DNA of 64,000 nucleotides from Prorocentrum cordatum (GCA_963575745.1 CAUYUJ010000081.1:124001-188000); one strand, 5' to 3'. Positions 23,717-34,950 are shown, numbered from the stretch's first letter. A program made the numbers and translations. Notes: generated by a model from the letters alone, not told the origin.

Positions 23717-26675
23717 TCAGCGCTTGGCTGTGGTCGTCAAGGTCTGAGGGGGTGGGCGGGTTCTCCATCCGCAGATCATCTTCCAGGGCGAGATCTGGAG
23801 ATGGGTAGGAGGGGGGGTCCGTGAGGGCGGGGCCCCTGCGCGCCGTGTGGCTGACCTCGAGGGGCGCGCCGCTGTTCGTCCAAAGGAGGGGCCCCCGCAC
23901 TCTGCCCTGTGACGAGTAGTCAGGTCCACGACGGCATTCACCGAGCGCAGCGTTAAGAAACTCGAGCCCAGGGGGCAGGTCGGGAGGGGAGAAGTCGGGG
24001 GAAGAGCTGGTGGACGAGGGGGGAAAGGCACGAGGAGATCCATCCGCCGGGATCGGAGACCTTGCTCGATCGATCGGGGATCGATCGGGTCGACATGAGG
24101 AGCGGCCCCGACCGCGGGATCGAAAGCAAACCTGGGGGTGCTGGGCGAACGAGGAGGCCCGTCAGGCCCTCCAACGGCCAACCCCATGGCAAGACAAAGG
24201 CGGTCGATCATCCCTGTGGAGGAGGGCGCCTCCCTGCGATCACTGGAGCCGGGGGCCCCCGACTCTCGCACCCCTCCCTCAGGCGCGAGGCAAGGCCCGT
24301 GGCCTGCTCCTGGGAGGCACCCGGAGGCCGCGGTATCAGCGCGTATACTGAAGACGCTGTCCCGTCCCGCCTCTGTGGGGGCAGGGTCACAGGTCATGTC
24401 TTCCCTCTGCCAACGATCCCTGGGTTGGACGCCGTGCGCCTCTCTCTGCGTGCCGTCGCCCGGTCCAGGGTAGCGACGGAAGGTCGCACGTTCTGTGTGT
24501 ATCGCGGGGGGGGGGCTCATCCCCTCCTTGAGTGTGGTGCCTAGCGCTCTCGTCTCCAGTGGGTCGACTGGAGGCGGCAGCGCTGGGGTGCACATGTCCA
24601 CCGTGCCCCCGTCCAACCCCCGTGGGGTAGGGTCCCTGTTCCTAGCCCCCCCGTCCGTCTGTTCCCTGGGTCGCAAGCCTTGGGCGTCATCCAGCCTTCC
24701 GCCATCCGCTCCAGGGTAGCGACGGAAGGTCGCACTGTTTGGGTGTATATCAGGGATGTCTGCATCCCCCCCTTCTCCAGCATTATGCCTGCCGCTCTCG
24801 GGCGCACGGGGGCGGTCAACTGCTGCGTCGGTGGCGGGGTGCCCTTCGCGGGTGGAAGGAGGGGCTCCACCGCTTAGCTCGCCAGCGGGGACGGCCTCAC
24901 CCAGCGCGGGCGCGCCCGGGGGGGGGGGGGGAGGTCGGCGGTGGGTTGGCGTGAGCCTTGACGGGGAGCGCAGGGGCTGCAGGCAGCGGCTTGCCCGCAC
25001 CTGTTGCCTGCGCCCTCGTGAGCGTCCCCTGAGGATATCAGCCCCCTGTGCACGACGTCCGAGTCAACCTGTCCCCTGGGAGGACCGCGGCGGATGTTCG
25101 TCTGTTCCTCGTCGGTTGTCCTAAGCGCGACAGGATCCGCGGGGGAGTTTTGTGCCGAAGCGGGGCCCTCTCCCCCCGTAGCCCTGGTGCCGCCTGGGGT
25201 CGTTTCACTCTGCCCGACAGCGCCTGGAGCGAGGGAAGTTGGACGTCCTGCAGCGGGCATGGGCGCGGCGGAGGTGAGAGAGGCGGTCGGGCTAGACAGG
25301 AAGGCTTCGTGCCCAAGGTCATCGAGTCCAGGGGGGCGGCGGAAGGTCGCAGCGTCGGGTTGTCCTCTGCCAACGTTGCCACGATCATCCTCCACGGGGT
25401 CAGCTCCCTGGTGCATTCTACCCCTACACACCGTTCCCTGGGCTGAACATCGCGGGCGTTCCTCTGCCCGTCGCGGTCCGCTCCAGGGTAGCGACGGAAG
25501 GTCGCACGTTCTGTGTGAATTGTGGGGATAGCCGCACTACCCCCTCCTTCAAGGCCACGCCTGCCGCTGTCAGGCTCCTGAAGGCGGCCTGGAGTGGTGT
25601 CAGAGTCGAGGTGCGCGCCGCAACCTGAGGACCTGTCTCCCATGCTCGAACCGTTGTGGGGAGCAGCCTCACTCGGGGCGGCCGCCTCCAGATAGGGGGG
25701 CACGGCGGAGTGAGGGCAAGAGCCCCTAGGATGCGTGACGGGGCCGAGGCGACGTGACTGCCCGTCTCCCCCCACTTCGCCTTCAGGGGCGCTTGCTGGG
25801 GGTGTCGGGTCCATACAGCCCCCATCCACGCCATCGAGGTCTCTGCGTCGGGAGCCGAGGGCAACTCCCTGCTCGTCGCGAGACTGTCCGAGAGGAGGGG
25901 GGTTCGCGGGAGAATAAACTGCTTCAGGAGTGGGCCCGTCGGCCCCCGTGAGCCTAGCATCGCCATGGGCGGTCCCGCTGTGCCCAGCGCTGCCTGGAGA
26001 AAAAGAGATTGGGCGTCCAGCCGTGGGCAAAGGAATAGTGGGGGCAAGGGGAGGGTAGCTGGGCGGGAGGGCCTCATGTCTGACAATACCTCCAGGATGG
26101 CGACGGAAGGTCGCGCTTTCAGTATGAAACGGAGGGCTGAACGTATCAACCCCGTCTACCGCAACGCATCCGTCGACCTCAAGTCCAGGGTAGCGACGGA
26201 AGGTCGCACGTTCGGTGCGTATCACAGTGCTGCGGGGATCAGCCCCTCCCTCCGATTGGCTGGGGATCATTTGTCCTCGCGTGCCCGAAGCATCGGCCGA
26301 AGCGCTCCCATTCCAGGGAACAGAGAGCGACGGTTGCCCCGGCGGGATGGTGTCCTGAGATCCAGGGCGAATCTGTCCAAAGTCATTCGGCCCAGTGGTC
26401 CCGAGGCCGACATCGGATGATGCGGCTCTTTCCCCCGCAGGGATGACAGGATTGTCGCCGATCGATCGCAAGCTATCAGGCCGACCATCCATGAGGCAGC
26501 GGTCCTGATCCGATCTGAGCCTCGGGCCGCTGAGCCCGTCTGCGCGGCGGGCAGGCGTTCGCGATGGCTGGCGCGCCCGGTGCCGGAGGGGGTCCAGGGC
26601 CGTGGGCCCCCGGCGCAGCGTCTGGGCGCCCCCTTGAGCGGCGGGAGACTGCCCCGGAGAGGGCAGGCCCACCAA
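23717..26675 (-). repeat. Internally duplicated low-complexity 5' region of element with six copies of the xTExATFRR(Y/H)PG motif
   Basis: Motif copies start at 24464, 24710, 25327, 25482, 26091 and 26184. Longer diverged duplicates also occur (about 25130-25345 vs 25900-26115). Confidence 0.8.
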
Positions 26676-26679
26676 ACGG

Positions 26680-26698
26680 CTTGAGCCAAAGGCTACGG
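26680..26698 (-). other. Relict dinoflagellate spliced leader (DinoSL)
   Basis: Minus strand CCGTAGCCTTTGGCTCAAG equals DinoSL DCCGTAGCCATTTTGGCTCAAG lacking AT. It is followed by CCGTTTGG, a possible partial second relic. Confidence 0.85.
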
Positions 26699-26825
26699 GC
26701 TGGTGGGGATACGCGAAGTGTCTAGAATTGCCAGACGCTTGCGCAAGCTAATGCGCTCTAAAGAAGGACTAGCGAGGACACGTGACGCTCCCATGATTTG
26801 CTACAGTTATCACGTATAATGAGGA

Positions 26826-27033
26826 TGCGATACACGGATGCAAAGGCCTGGAAGGGCCATGCCGGCACTTTGCGAATGGGGCGCGGCCAGCGAAAGCGGA
26901 GAAGGCGGGGCCGAAGGGGAAGGATGCAAGGGGTAACCTTGGAGAGTTGCTCCTCCTTGCCATGCGGGTTGACTGTATACCGACACTCCCCCCCCCCCCT
27001 TGGGCTTGCCGTTGCCGCTGGCACCGTCGTCGT

Positions 27034-27068
<35 letters not shown>

Positions 27069-27430
27069 TCGTCGTCGGCGTCGGCGTTGTCGTCGTCTCG
27101 TCGGCGTCGTCGGCGTTGTCGTCGTCGTCGTCGTCGTCGTTGTCGCCGTCGTTGTTGTTGTCGTTGTTGTTGTCGTCGTTTTCGGCGTTGTTGTCGTCGT
27201 CGTCGTCGTCGTCGTCGGCGTTGTCGTCGTCGTCGTCGTCGTCGCCGCCGCCGACTTGCCGTAGGTCGGGCATGTCCTCCTACAAGCGGATCTTGTACGA
27301 AAAATAGGAAATAGCACCACAAAATGCACGAGCAGGATCAAAAATAGTAAACAACAATCGTCCCCTGACACTACTATTGATTTGACTGCCTTCGACTATT
27401 CCTCCTGTCGAGGCGCAGGCCCTACTTGAA
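26826..27430 (-). repeat. Interspersed repeat copy A, interrupted by a (GTC/GTT)n microsatellite at ~27024-27251
   Basis: Collinear similarity to 31353-31672, e.g. GCCGAAGGGG(A/C)AAGGATGCAAG, GGTTGACTGTA, AGGTCGGGCATGT and CCTCCTGT. Confidence 0.8.
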
Positions 27431-27487
27431 GACTCGCCCCACTTGAGCAGGGACCGATCGTCCCGGCATTCCTATAGTCCTACCACA

Positions 27488-27955
27488 AAATGTTCTTAGA
27501 ACACATAAAATGTGCTAAGAACAAACCATATTCTCAGAGCATAAACCCGATGTGACAAAACAAGACAGACTCCGCCAGAAATGTTCTAAGAACATTTCGT
27601 GGAAACCACAAAAGGTTCTTAGAACATTCAGGCCTCGGAAAAAATAGCGAACACTCATGCCACATTCATCTGTGAACTCCTCCCCATCCCCCCAGTGTTC
27701 AAAGTCGGCGATGGGTCCGATGAGCTGCACCCCGACCGCAGTCTCCCCCGCGCGTGCCAACTCTGAACTTGGGGGGCAAGGGGGGTGTTCGCTTCTTGTT
27801 TCCCTCTACCGTTGTTTGGTATAGTCCTGCCACGAGATGTTCTTAGAACCCAACCATGTTCTAAGAACAAAAAACAACGTTCTTAGAAGATAAATCCGAT
27901 GTGATAAAAAACCAGACAGACTCCGCCAGAAATGTCCTGAGAACATTTCGTGGAT
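27488..27955. repeat. Two ~120-bp direct repeats rich in the palindrome GTTCT(A/T)AGAAC
   Basis: About 27488-27605 and 27837-27955 share GACAGACTCCGCCAGAAATG...AGAACATTTCGTGGA. Confidence 0.85.
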
Positions 27956-27983
27956 GCCAGAAAAGGCTCTTTCGGCAGTGGGC

Positions 27984-28141
27984 AAACCTCCCTTTAGTGA
28001 ACCTTTCCTTAGTGAAAACGGCCTGGGGCCGAAACCGACGGACCTGGACCCACAAAAATGACGGCCGCGACGCCCTCTCGCGAACCGAAAACGGCCAATT
28101 CACTCATCGACGTGTCAAGGTAGGAGGTCTATCCACCTCCG
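27984..28141 (+). repeat. Copy of the left flank/arm of the foldback element at 42111-42270
   Basis: Shared ACCGACGGACCTGGACCC, TCTCGCGAACCGAAAACGGCCAAT and TCATCGACGTGTCA. Confidence 0.9.
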
Positions 28142-28388
28142 GTTCTCAGAACACTGTTTGGCAGGGCTACAGGCGAGCCAGGACGCTTCGCCACTGCTTG
28201 AGGCCAACGGCGCCGCGACGTCGGAGGTCTGGGCTCCGCCGCCCAGGCGGCGCGCCTCGAAGGGCGCGCTCGGCGCCGCGGAGGGGCGGCGGGGCTCTCC
28301 TGCCCACGCCGAGCGCCTCCGCGGGGGGGGGCGGAGGACCGGAGACGGGAGGCGTGTTTTTTGTTTGTTTGTTTGTTGGTGCTGCTTG

Positions 28389-28580
28389 TCCTCCTCGCTC
28401 CTCCTCCTCCTCGCTCCTCCTCCTCGCCTCTCCTCCTCCTCGCTCCTCCTCCTCCTCCTCGCTCCTCCTCCTCGCTCCTCCTCCTCCTCCTCCTCGCTCT
28501 TTCTCCTCGCTCCTCTTCCTCCTCGCTCCTCCTCCTCGCTCCTCCTCCTCGCTCCTCCTCCTCCTCCTCCTTCTCCTCCT
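28389..28580. repeat. (CCT)n/CTCG compound microsatellite
   Basis: Direct reading. Confidence 0.9.
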
Positions 28581-31352
28581 GTGATACTGTGATCCTCTGG
28601 CGTAGCGGTCCAGCTCCCGAAGGCCGCGCTACCCGCTGTTCACCTCCTCCTCCTCCTCCTCGCTCCTCCTCCGTTGTTGTCTTGACTGTCTTCTTGATGG
28701 GGGGAGGGGAGGACCTGCCCAGATCCGCACGTGGGTGCGGGCATATACCTGCAGGAGTGGCCGGGCAGGAGCAGACCAGCAGGTGGGGGAGAGCAGGACG
28801 AGGCGTCGGAGGGTGGAGGCTCTTGCACACTGGGCGCTGCTTCGGCGTCCTCCTCCTCCTCCTCCGTTGATGTTTAGGCGTCGGAGGGTGGAGGCCCTTG
28901 CGCACTGAGCGCTGCTTTTTCGGAGAGGCGTGCACCTTCCTTCGCCCCGCTGTGGGGCCCCAGACGGGGGCCCTTTCGGGCCCTTTTTGTCGGGCATCAA
29001 CACGGTGCACCCTTCTTCGCCCCGCTCCCCCCCCCCCCCATTGATCGCCCCCCCCCCCCCCCACCTACGCAACGCCCGAGGTTCCACTCGCTGTTCAAAC
29101 CTGGCCGCGGGGGCGGACAAATTATGCGTTGCCTGCACCCGTTTTGTTCACACACCGCGCTCCCTGGCCCGCTGGCCGAACCGAGCAGAAGACGGGGCCC
29201 TCAACGCCAAAAATAGAAGCACAAGCTCTGGCAGATCCGAGCGCACTTCTTGGATCGGCGCTCGACCCCTCTGGCGGCGCCTCCCGACTCTTAGCGCCGC
29301 ACTTGGCGCGCCTTGGACGCCAAGGAGTGGCGGCACAACGCCAAACATTCATGTGCTTTTAGCTTGTTCTTTTTCGGCTGACGGAAACGACGCACGAAGG
29401 TCACGGGTCCTGGATCATAGGGCTTCAAAGACATGGCCTTTTGCACAAAAAATACACTTCAGGAGACCTCGTACGGAAAATTCTGGGTGCTACAAGTTGC
29501 GCACGCGTGTCGCGCCTGATTCGCCTTCTCGGTGCCATAGATTGTGCCCAGCTGCGCCTGATGCCCCAGGGACTCATGGGCGCCATAGGCTGCGCCATTC
29601 GGTGATTGGCATGGGTTATCGGAACATCGCTTCCACTAATCGGCGGCGAGCGAGGGTGGGAAATGAGAAGGAGAAGACCTTCTCAGAAGGTCTGGAAATA
29701 CCGAAATCTTCCAAGCCTTCGCCGAAGAGGGAACAAAAGCTACTCCGGAGGCAGAAGGCGCGAGGGCTTCCGAGAAGTCCCGCCGCCCTCTGAGCAGGCC
29801 TCCTCCGTCTCCCTTCCCCCTCTCTCGCTCGCCCCCGAACTCAGGAATTCTCCCTTTGCGCCTGGTTCCCGCCCGTGGGCGCCACGCGGACGCCCCGTGC
29901 GATGGCCGGCCCTTCTGGGTGCTCGCCCAATCTCCGCCCGAGGCAAGCTCGCGGCCGCCCCGTGCGTTGACTGCCAGCTGCGGTTGTTCGCCCAGTGCCC
30001 ACCCGCGGCTGCACGCATGGCTTGCACCACATACACGGCACCACAAACGCATGAACTCCACATGCTGCAAAACATAGGTTGCACTACATACGTTGCAACA
30101 CCTGCATCGCACCACCGAGCTTGCACCGCACAGATTGCACCAACTGACGTGCATCGTGCTGATTGCCTTCCAGAGTTTGCGCCACAGACGTTGCACCATG
30201 TAGCTTGTGCCGGTCATCTTGCACCATGCAGCTTGCATCACATCAGGTGCATCCCATACAGTGCACTACACTGTTTGAACACCTTGGCTTGCGCCACATA
30301 AACCTTTCACGTATATAGTATTCGATCGGTAGCACCGCGTATGTTGCACCCCACACCGCACACCACACAACTTGCATCACATAGCTTGCACAGCAAATGC
30401 GTATTGCATCTCATTGAGTGCACAATTGAATAAGGTGCAGACCGAGAATGCAAGAACCAACTGCTTAGATTACACGCTAACAATGATGCTCTCTGCTTGC
30501 TGTTACTCTGCATTGCGTTGCTTTCCGCTGAGTTGTACTGTAGTGTGTCGCGTTGCTATCATTCGATTCAATGTTCATCGCGTTCCACTGCTTTGAACAG
30601 CTTTGCATTGCACCACAAACATTGGACTAATTCATCGTTTGAGATCGACGCTGAAATCATGTAACGCGCAACTAACATTTCCCAGCTACCGACTAAGAGA
30701 CATGAAGTGACAGCTCCCCAGCAAGAGCGGTGAGACACAAACGATAGCGAACAAAGGGCCGCGGATACAGAGATCTGCAGCCGTCACTCTGACGGAAGAG
30801 TACTGATGCGAGGTTGATGCTACGCGGCAGCGCCGAGCAGTTCTCACAGGTCCACGCGCGACTGTCCACACGAGGTGCGGCAGCCTGCCAGCGCATGGAT
30901 GAATGGTATAAATGCAGGGCCCCCTCGCAACCCGCTGGCACACTTTCAAGACCGAAACCTCCTGACCCCAACACCGCGTGAACCATTCGGTGGTTCACCG
31001 CCTCTGCTCTCGGAGCCCTCGGACGCTGCCCATGCCATCTTCTGGGTGGAGTCCGCGTCGTGGCTTTGTCTCCTCTGGGAGGCAGGCCCGCTGGAGGGTG
31101 CACAGCTTCGAGCGCCCGCGCCGGCGTCGCCGCCGCGCCGATGTGGCGCGAACCTGCCGTAGAGCAAAACGAGGCGACACGCACGCCCACGACGCTGGCC
31201 CGGGATGGGGCGCTGCTGCAAGCAGCGTGCGCACTGCGACTTGGGGCCGACAACTGAGTTTGGTGTGCGTAGACGGCCGAGCTTGGCAAGACGTGGCAAG
31301 CTGGAACTGCTGTACACCGCACTCCCCACACACAGTCAACCAGGATACTAGG

Positions 31353-31672
31353 GATGCGCGGTAAGAATGCAAGGGCCTTGGAACGCCAGGCAGGGATGCG
31401 CCGAAGGGGCAAGGATGCAAGTGTACCCTGGCCAAGTTGCCCCATCCTTACTATCATGGTTGACTGTAGCAAACCAACTGTCGGCCAACTGTAAAGGCGG
31501 CCTAGCCTCAGGTCGGGCATGTGCTCCTACAGGCGGATTTTAGACGAACAAATAAAAAATAGCCCCAAAGCATGCGCAATCGTAATCAAAAGCAGGCGAA
31601 AAACCGTCTCCAGACTATTTGTTGACTGTCTTCGAATGCTCCTCCTGTAGAGGGGCAGGCCCGACTTGAGCC
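31353..31672 (-). repeat. Interspersed repeat copy B, beginning with GGCTCAAG on the minus strand
   Basis: Collinear with 26826-27430. Confidence 0.8.
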
Positions 31673-33225
31673 TAGCCGCAGACCTGGGAGGCCGGAGCCC
31701 CTGTACAGCGCGACGGGATCACAAAGACGCGCGGTGGGGGTGCAGGGGCCTTGTACGCCCAAGCTGAAGCCGTTTGAGAGAATGGCCAGTCGGGAGCTGG
31801 GCGAGGGCTGGCAAATCCGTGGCTGCTAAAACGGGTTTCCCAGAAGGAAAAACCAATCCCAAGAAGAAAACTCATCGCACTAAATAGTAAACGGGCTGCT
31901 TCCCGGAAGAAAAAAACAATCTCCCTGAGCTCCGTTTCAGCAGCCACGGGTTTGCCAGTCTTCGCCTGGCTTCTGAGCCAAGGGATGGTGGGCCGACGAT
32001 GCAAAGATCAACAGGGTGCCCTTGGAGAGCTACTCACATTTCTGTTCGGGGGAAGGAAGGACGGCATAAAGATAATGTGTCGAAGTCCGCGCAGCTGTCC
32101 TGGGCCGTCGATAGACCCCCCCTCCCCAGGCGCGCGGAGCGTGCTGCCAGGGGCGGCGCGGGAGGCACCACCGGGGGGATCCAGCGCCGATCCACGAAAT
32201 CCACGCAGGCACCCCAAGGTCTCGGCTATTGATGCCGCGTTTCCCATGCGGACGATCCTGGCCTGACCCGCAGGAGAGCCAAGAATCGAGTCATCGAGTC
32301 GACAAGTCGAATCGGCGATCGAAATCCATCGGATCTGCGGAAGCCGACAGCCAAGTCGGGAGGCGTCGACTCGGCGGACATCGGCAGAGCAGTAAGGCCT
32401 CACTGAGAAGTCGGAATCCCCATCGGAATCCGAAGCCGCATCGAACCAGAATCGGAATCCATCGAAATCGAATCGAATCGAATCGGGGGAGTCGAAATGA
32501 TTCGCGGCGCGCAGAGGAGGGTATACGGGGAGGGGGGACGGCTTCCAGAAGGCGCCGGCCTCACATGCATGGAGAAGGCCCGCGACTCCTGGGAAGCAGG
32601 GGCGCTTCCAGGAAGCCTTCCCCCTCCCCCTGCCCCCCCTCGGAGGGGGGGCAGGGGGCTCTGCACGTGCAGAGGGCTCTGCACGTGCAGAGGGCTCCGC
32701 ACGTGGCCGACGCGGGAGTGAGCCCCCGAAACCCGCGCGCCAGACTCGTTGGGTCGACCTCCCGGCGCGGAGCGCGCGGCGAGCGCCCCGTGGACTCGCC
32801 CCGCGGCCGCGCGCGCGGAGGGCGGGGCGGGGCACGGCGGCCGGGCCTGGTACACGCGCTCGGGCTGCTCGTCCCGAGGCCTCCCCGTCGCCCCCCGCTC
32901 GGCGGGGGCAGGGCTAGGAGGCCGGCGAGCCTGGAGTCGGATCGGCAGGTCGGAGCGGCGATCGACGCGAGTCGGACCGGCGGGCATCGGCAGCCGAGGT
33001 CGGGAGAAGTCGGATCGGCGGAGATGGGCAAGCTGGTGGGCCTCCACTGAGAACTCGGCATCCACGGCGGAAGCCGAAGGCGAAGCACATCGGGATCGGA
33101 AGCCATCGGAGTCGAAGGCGAACCGAATCGGGGGAATCGAAACAAGCCCCGACGAGGGGGGGGGAGCGTAGGAGAGGGAGGGGGAAATTGGCGAACTACC
33201 TTCGGGCGGGTGGTAGTGGGAGGTG

Positions 33226-33595
33226 AACCCAATGGGGGGGTGAAGAAAATGGCCTCCAGGGGGCCTTCAGGGCCCCTTTTGGGCACCAACTGGCTCCAAA
33301 AGGGGCCCTAAAGGGCCCCTTTAGGGCCCTTCCAGACGTGGCGGCGTGCAGCTCGCAACTCTTGCGCGCAGGGTGCAGTGTGAGTCAATATTTCTTTCTG
33401 TCTGTATTCTACTGCCGACGCACCTCTGAAGTGCATGGCGCGCTCTCTCTCTCTCTCTCTCTCTCTCTTCACGCCCCAGTTGGGTCACCCCCCATTCAGC
33501 ACCCCGTCAGGGCCCCGTCTGGGCACCAGCTGGCTCCAAAAGGGGCCCTAAAAAGGGCCCCTTTGGGGCCCTCTCTTCACCCCCCCCGTTGGGTC
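33226..33595. mobile_element. MITE-like element with imperfect ~55-bp terminal inverted repeats and an internal (CT)n
   Basis: ACCCAATGGGGGGGTGAAGA...AGGGCCCCTTTT versus AAAAGGGGCCCT...TCTTCACCCCCCCCGTTGGGT. Confidence 0.55.
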
Positions 33596-34857
33596 AGACC
33601 CCAGTCAGCACCCGCCCGACGCTTCACGTAGCTGCCCTCCTCGGCGCCCCTGAGGGCACCCGAGGCGGCCGTGCGGATCGAGGAGAGGCCACGGCGGCGG
33701 CGAGGAGACTGGCTGCACGCACCAGACTTCGCAGCCCTGCCCCCCCCCCCCTTCCCCAGACGAGCACGTTCCACTACTCGCATAGTGACTGCTCGCAAAT
33801 GGCCTGGATCCCCCGCAGGGGGATCTACTATACTTTGCATCGAAGCAGACATGTGTTTTTCGGACGTTTGCGAGTAGGCACTTTGCGAGGAAGGGAACGC
33901 GCTCGGTGATTCCCGGCATCCCTTCGCACACCCTTTCTCGCGCGACCCTCTCTCGGAAGGGGGGGGCTTCCAGGCAGGCCCCGAGCTGCCGGCACGCAGC
34001 TCGACCTGCAGGGGCGGAGGCCCGCGGACGCCCTGCCGGAGGCCGCGCGGTCGTCTGGGACGGCCCCAGGGGGAGGGCGTTTCTCCACGGGTGCGGAGAC
34101 CAATGGATACCATGATATCCCCCCTCCCTCCTAGTCATCACCCCCCTCTTTGCCGCCCCCGAACAACACATGCTGCCCAACAAAAACCGCCGCTGTGGGC
34201 ACCGACAGCGAGTCCTGTTCAGCGAGGGCAGGAGCTGCTGCTGGTCTCCGTCCCCACTCTTTCCGTACCCATTTCGGCCGTTCCGAAGAGACAAGGCTTC
34301 CTGGACGCTGCCGGGGTCCTCTGGGAGGCTCTGGCAGGCAGGCTGGAGAGCCCAGAATCGAATCGATGAGCCGCCTCGGCGATCGAGATGCATCGGATCG
34401 GCGGAGATCGGCAGGCTGGCAAGGCCTCCACTGAGACACCGGAGCCCAGCTCGGAACCCTGCACCGAGTCCAGTCAGAATCGTATTCGATCGAGCTCGAA
34501 CCGAGGCGCGCCGAAGGGAGCCGTCGAGGGAGGCCCCGAGCAGGAGAGCCGACTGGGGACAGGCGCGAGGGAGGCCCGAGCAGGAGAACCCGCACTGCTC
34601 TCGCCGTGAGGGAGGCCCCGAGCAGGAGAACCCACGAGGGGGGAGCCGTCGAGGGAGGCCCCGAGCAGGAGAGAAGCCCGCACCGCTCCCGCAGGGCGGG
34701 CGCCGGGCACGCCCCCCTCTCGCGCCCTCCACGCGCGGCGCGCTCGCGCGCCCGCCCTGCGCGCTCCTCGCGCGCCCGCCTCCCGCGGGCCCCGGGCCCG
34801 CGGTGGGGCACGGACCGCGCGGTGGCCTCGAGATCGCAAGGGTAAAGGGGCCCCAGG

Positions 34858-34950
34858 ACACAGACACACAGACACACAGACACACACACACATAAATACA
34901 CACACATAAATACACACACATAAATACACACACATAAATACACACAAATA
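34858..34950. repeat. (CA)n / CACACACATAAATA minisatellite
   Basis: Direct reading. Confidence 0.9.

Larger units (their letters stand above)
1..26698 (-). mobile_element. Giant non-LTR (LINE-like) retrotransposon carrying DNMT, RING, SET-like, RNase H and SF1 helicase domains; frameshifted; 3' end likely beyond window start
   Basis: Chain of overlapping minus-strand ORFs from 26675 to 1009 with APE-RT-CCHC-RNase H in canonical LINE order. Relict spliced leader at the 5' end. Shared motif near both ends. The left boundary is uncertain. Confidence 0.8.

Noticed and set aside
24464..24490. Similarity of the motif to 18S rRNA segments (GACGGAAGG, CCGTCGCTAC)
   Set aside because: Only 9-10 nt matches in opposite orientations; no rRNA gene is present.
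24440..26215. xTExATFRR(Y/H)PG(P) as a 2A/StopGo peptide
   Set aside because: It ends in PG/PGP but lacks the required DxExNPGP consensus, and two copies lie beyond the stop codon.
393..26215. The repeated motif, or the 90-bp and 13-bp arrays, as CRISPR repeats
   Set aside because: Spacing is irregular or tandem without unique spacers, there are no cas genes, and the context is eukaryotic.
248..26420. Plus-strand ORFs over the retroelement
   Set aside because: Antisense shadows of GC-rich minus-strand coding sequence.
27488..27955. GTTCTTAGAAC as heat-shock elements
   Set aside because: TTC and GAA are 3 nt apart rather than the canonical 2, and the sites sit inside a repeat.
31973..31988. 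Minus-strand CCATCCCTTGGCTCAG as an SL relic
   Set aside because: Too many differences from the SL core to separate from chance.
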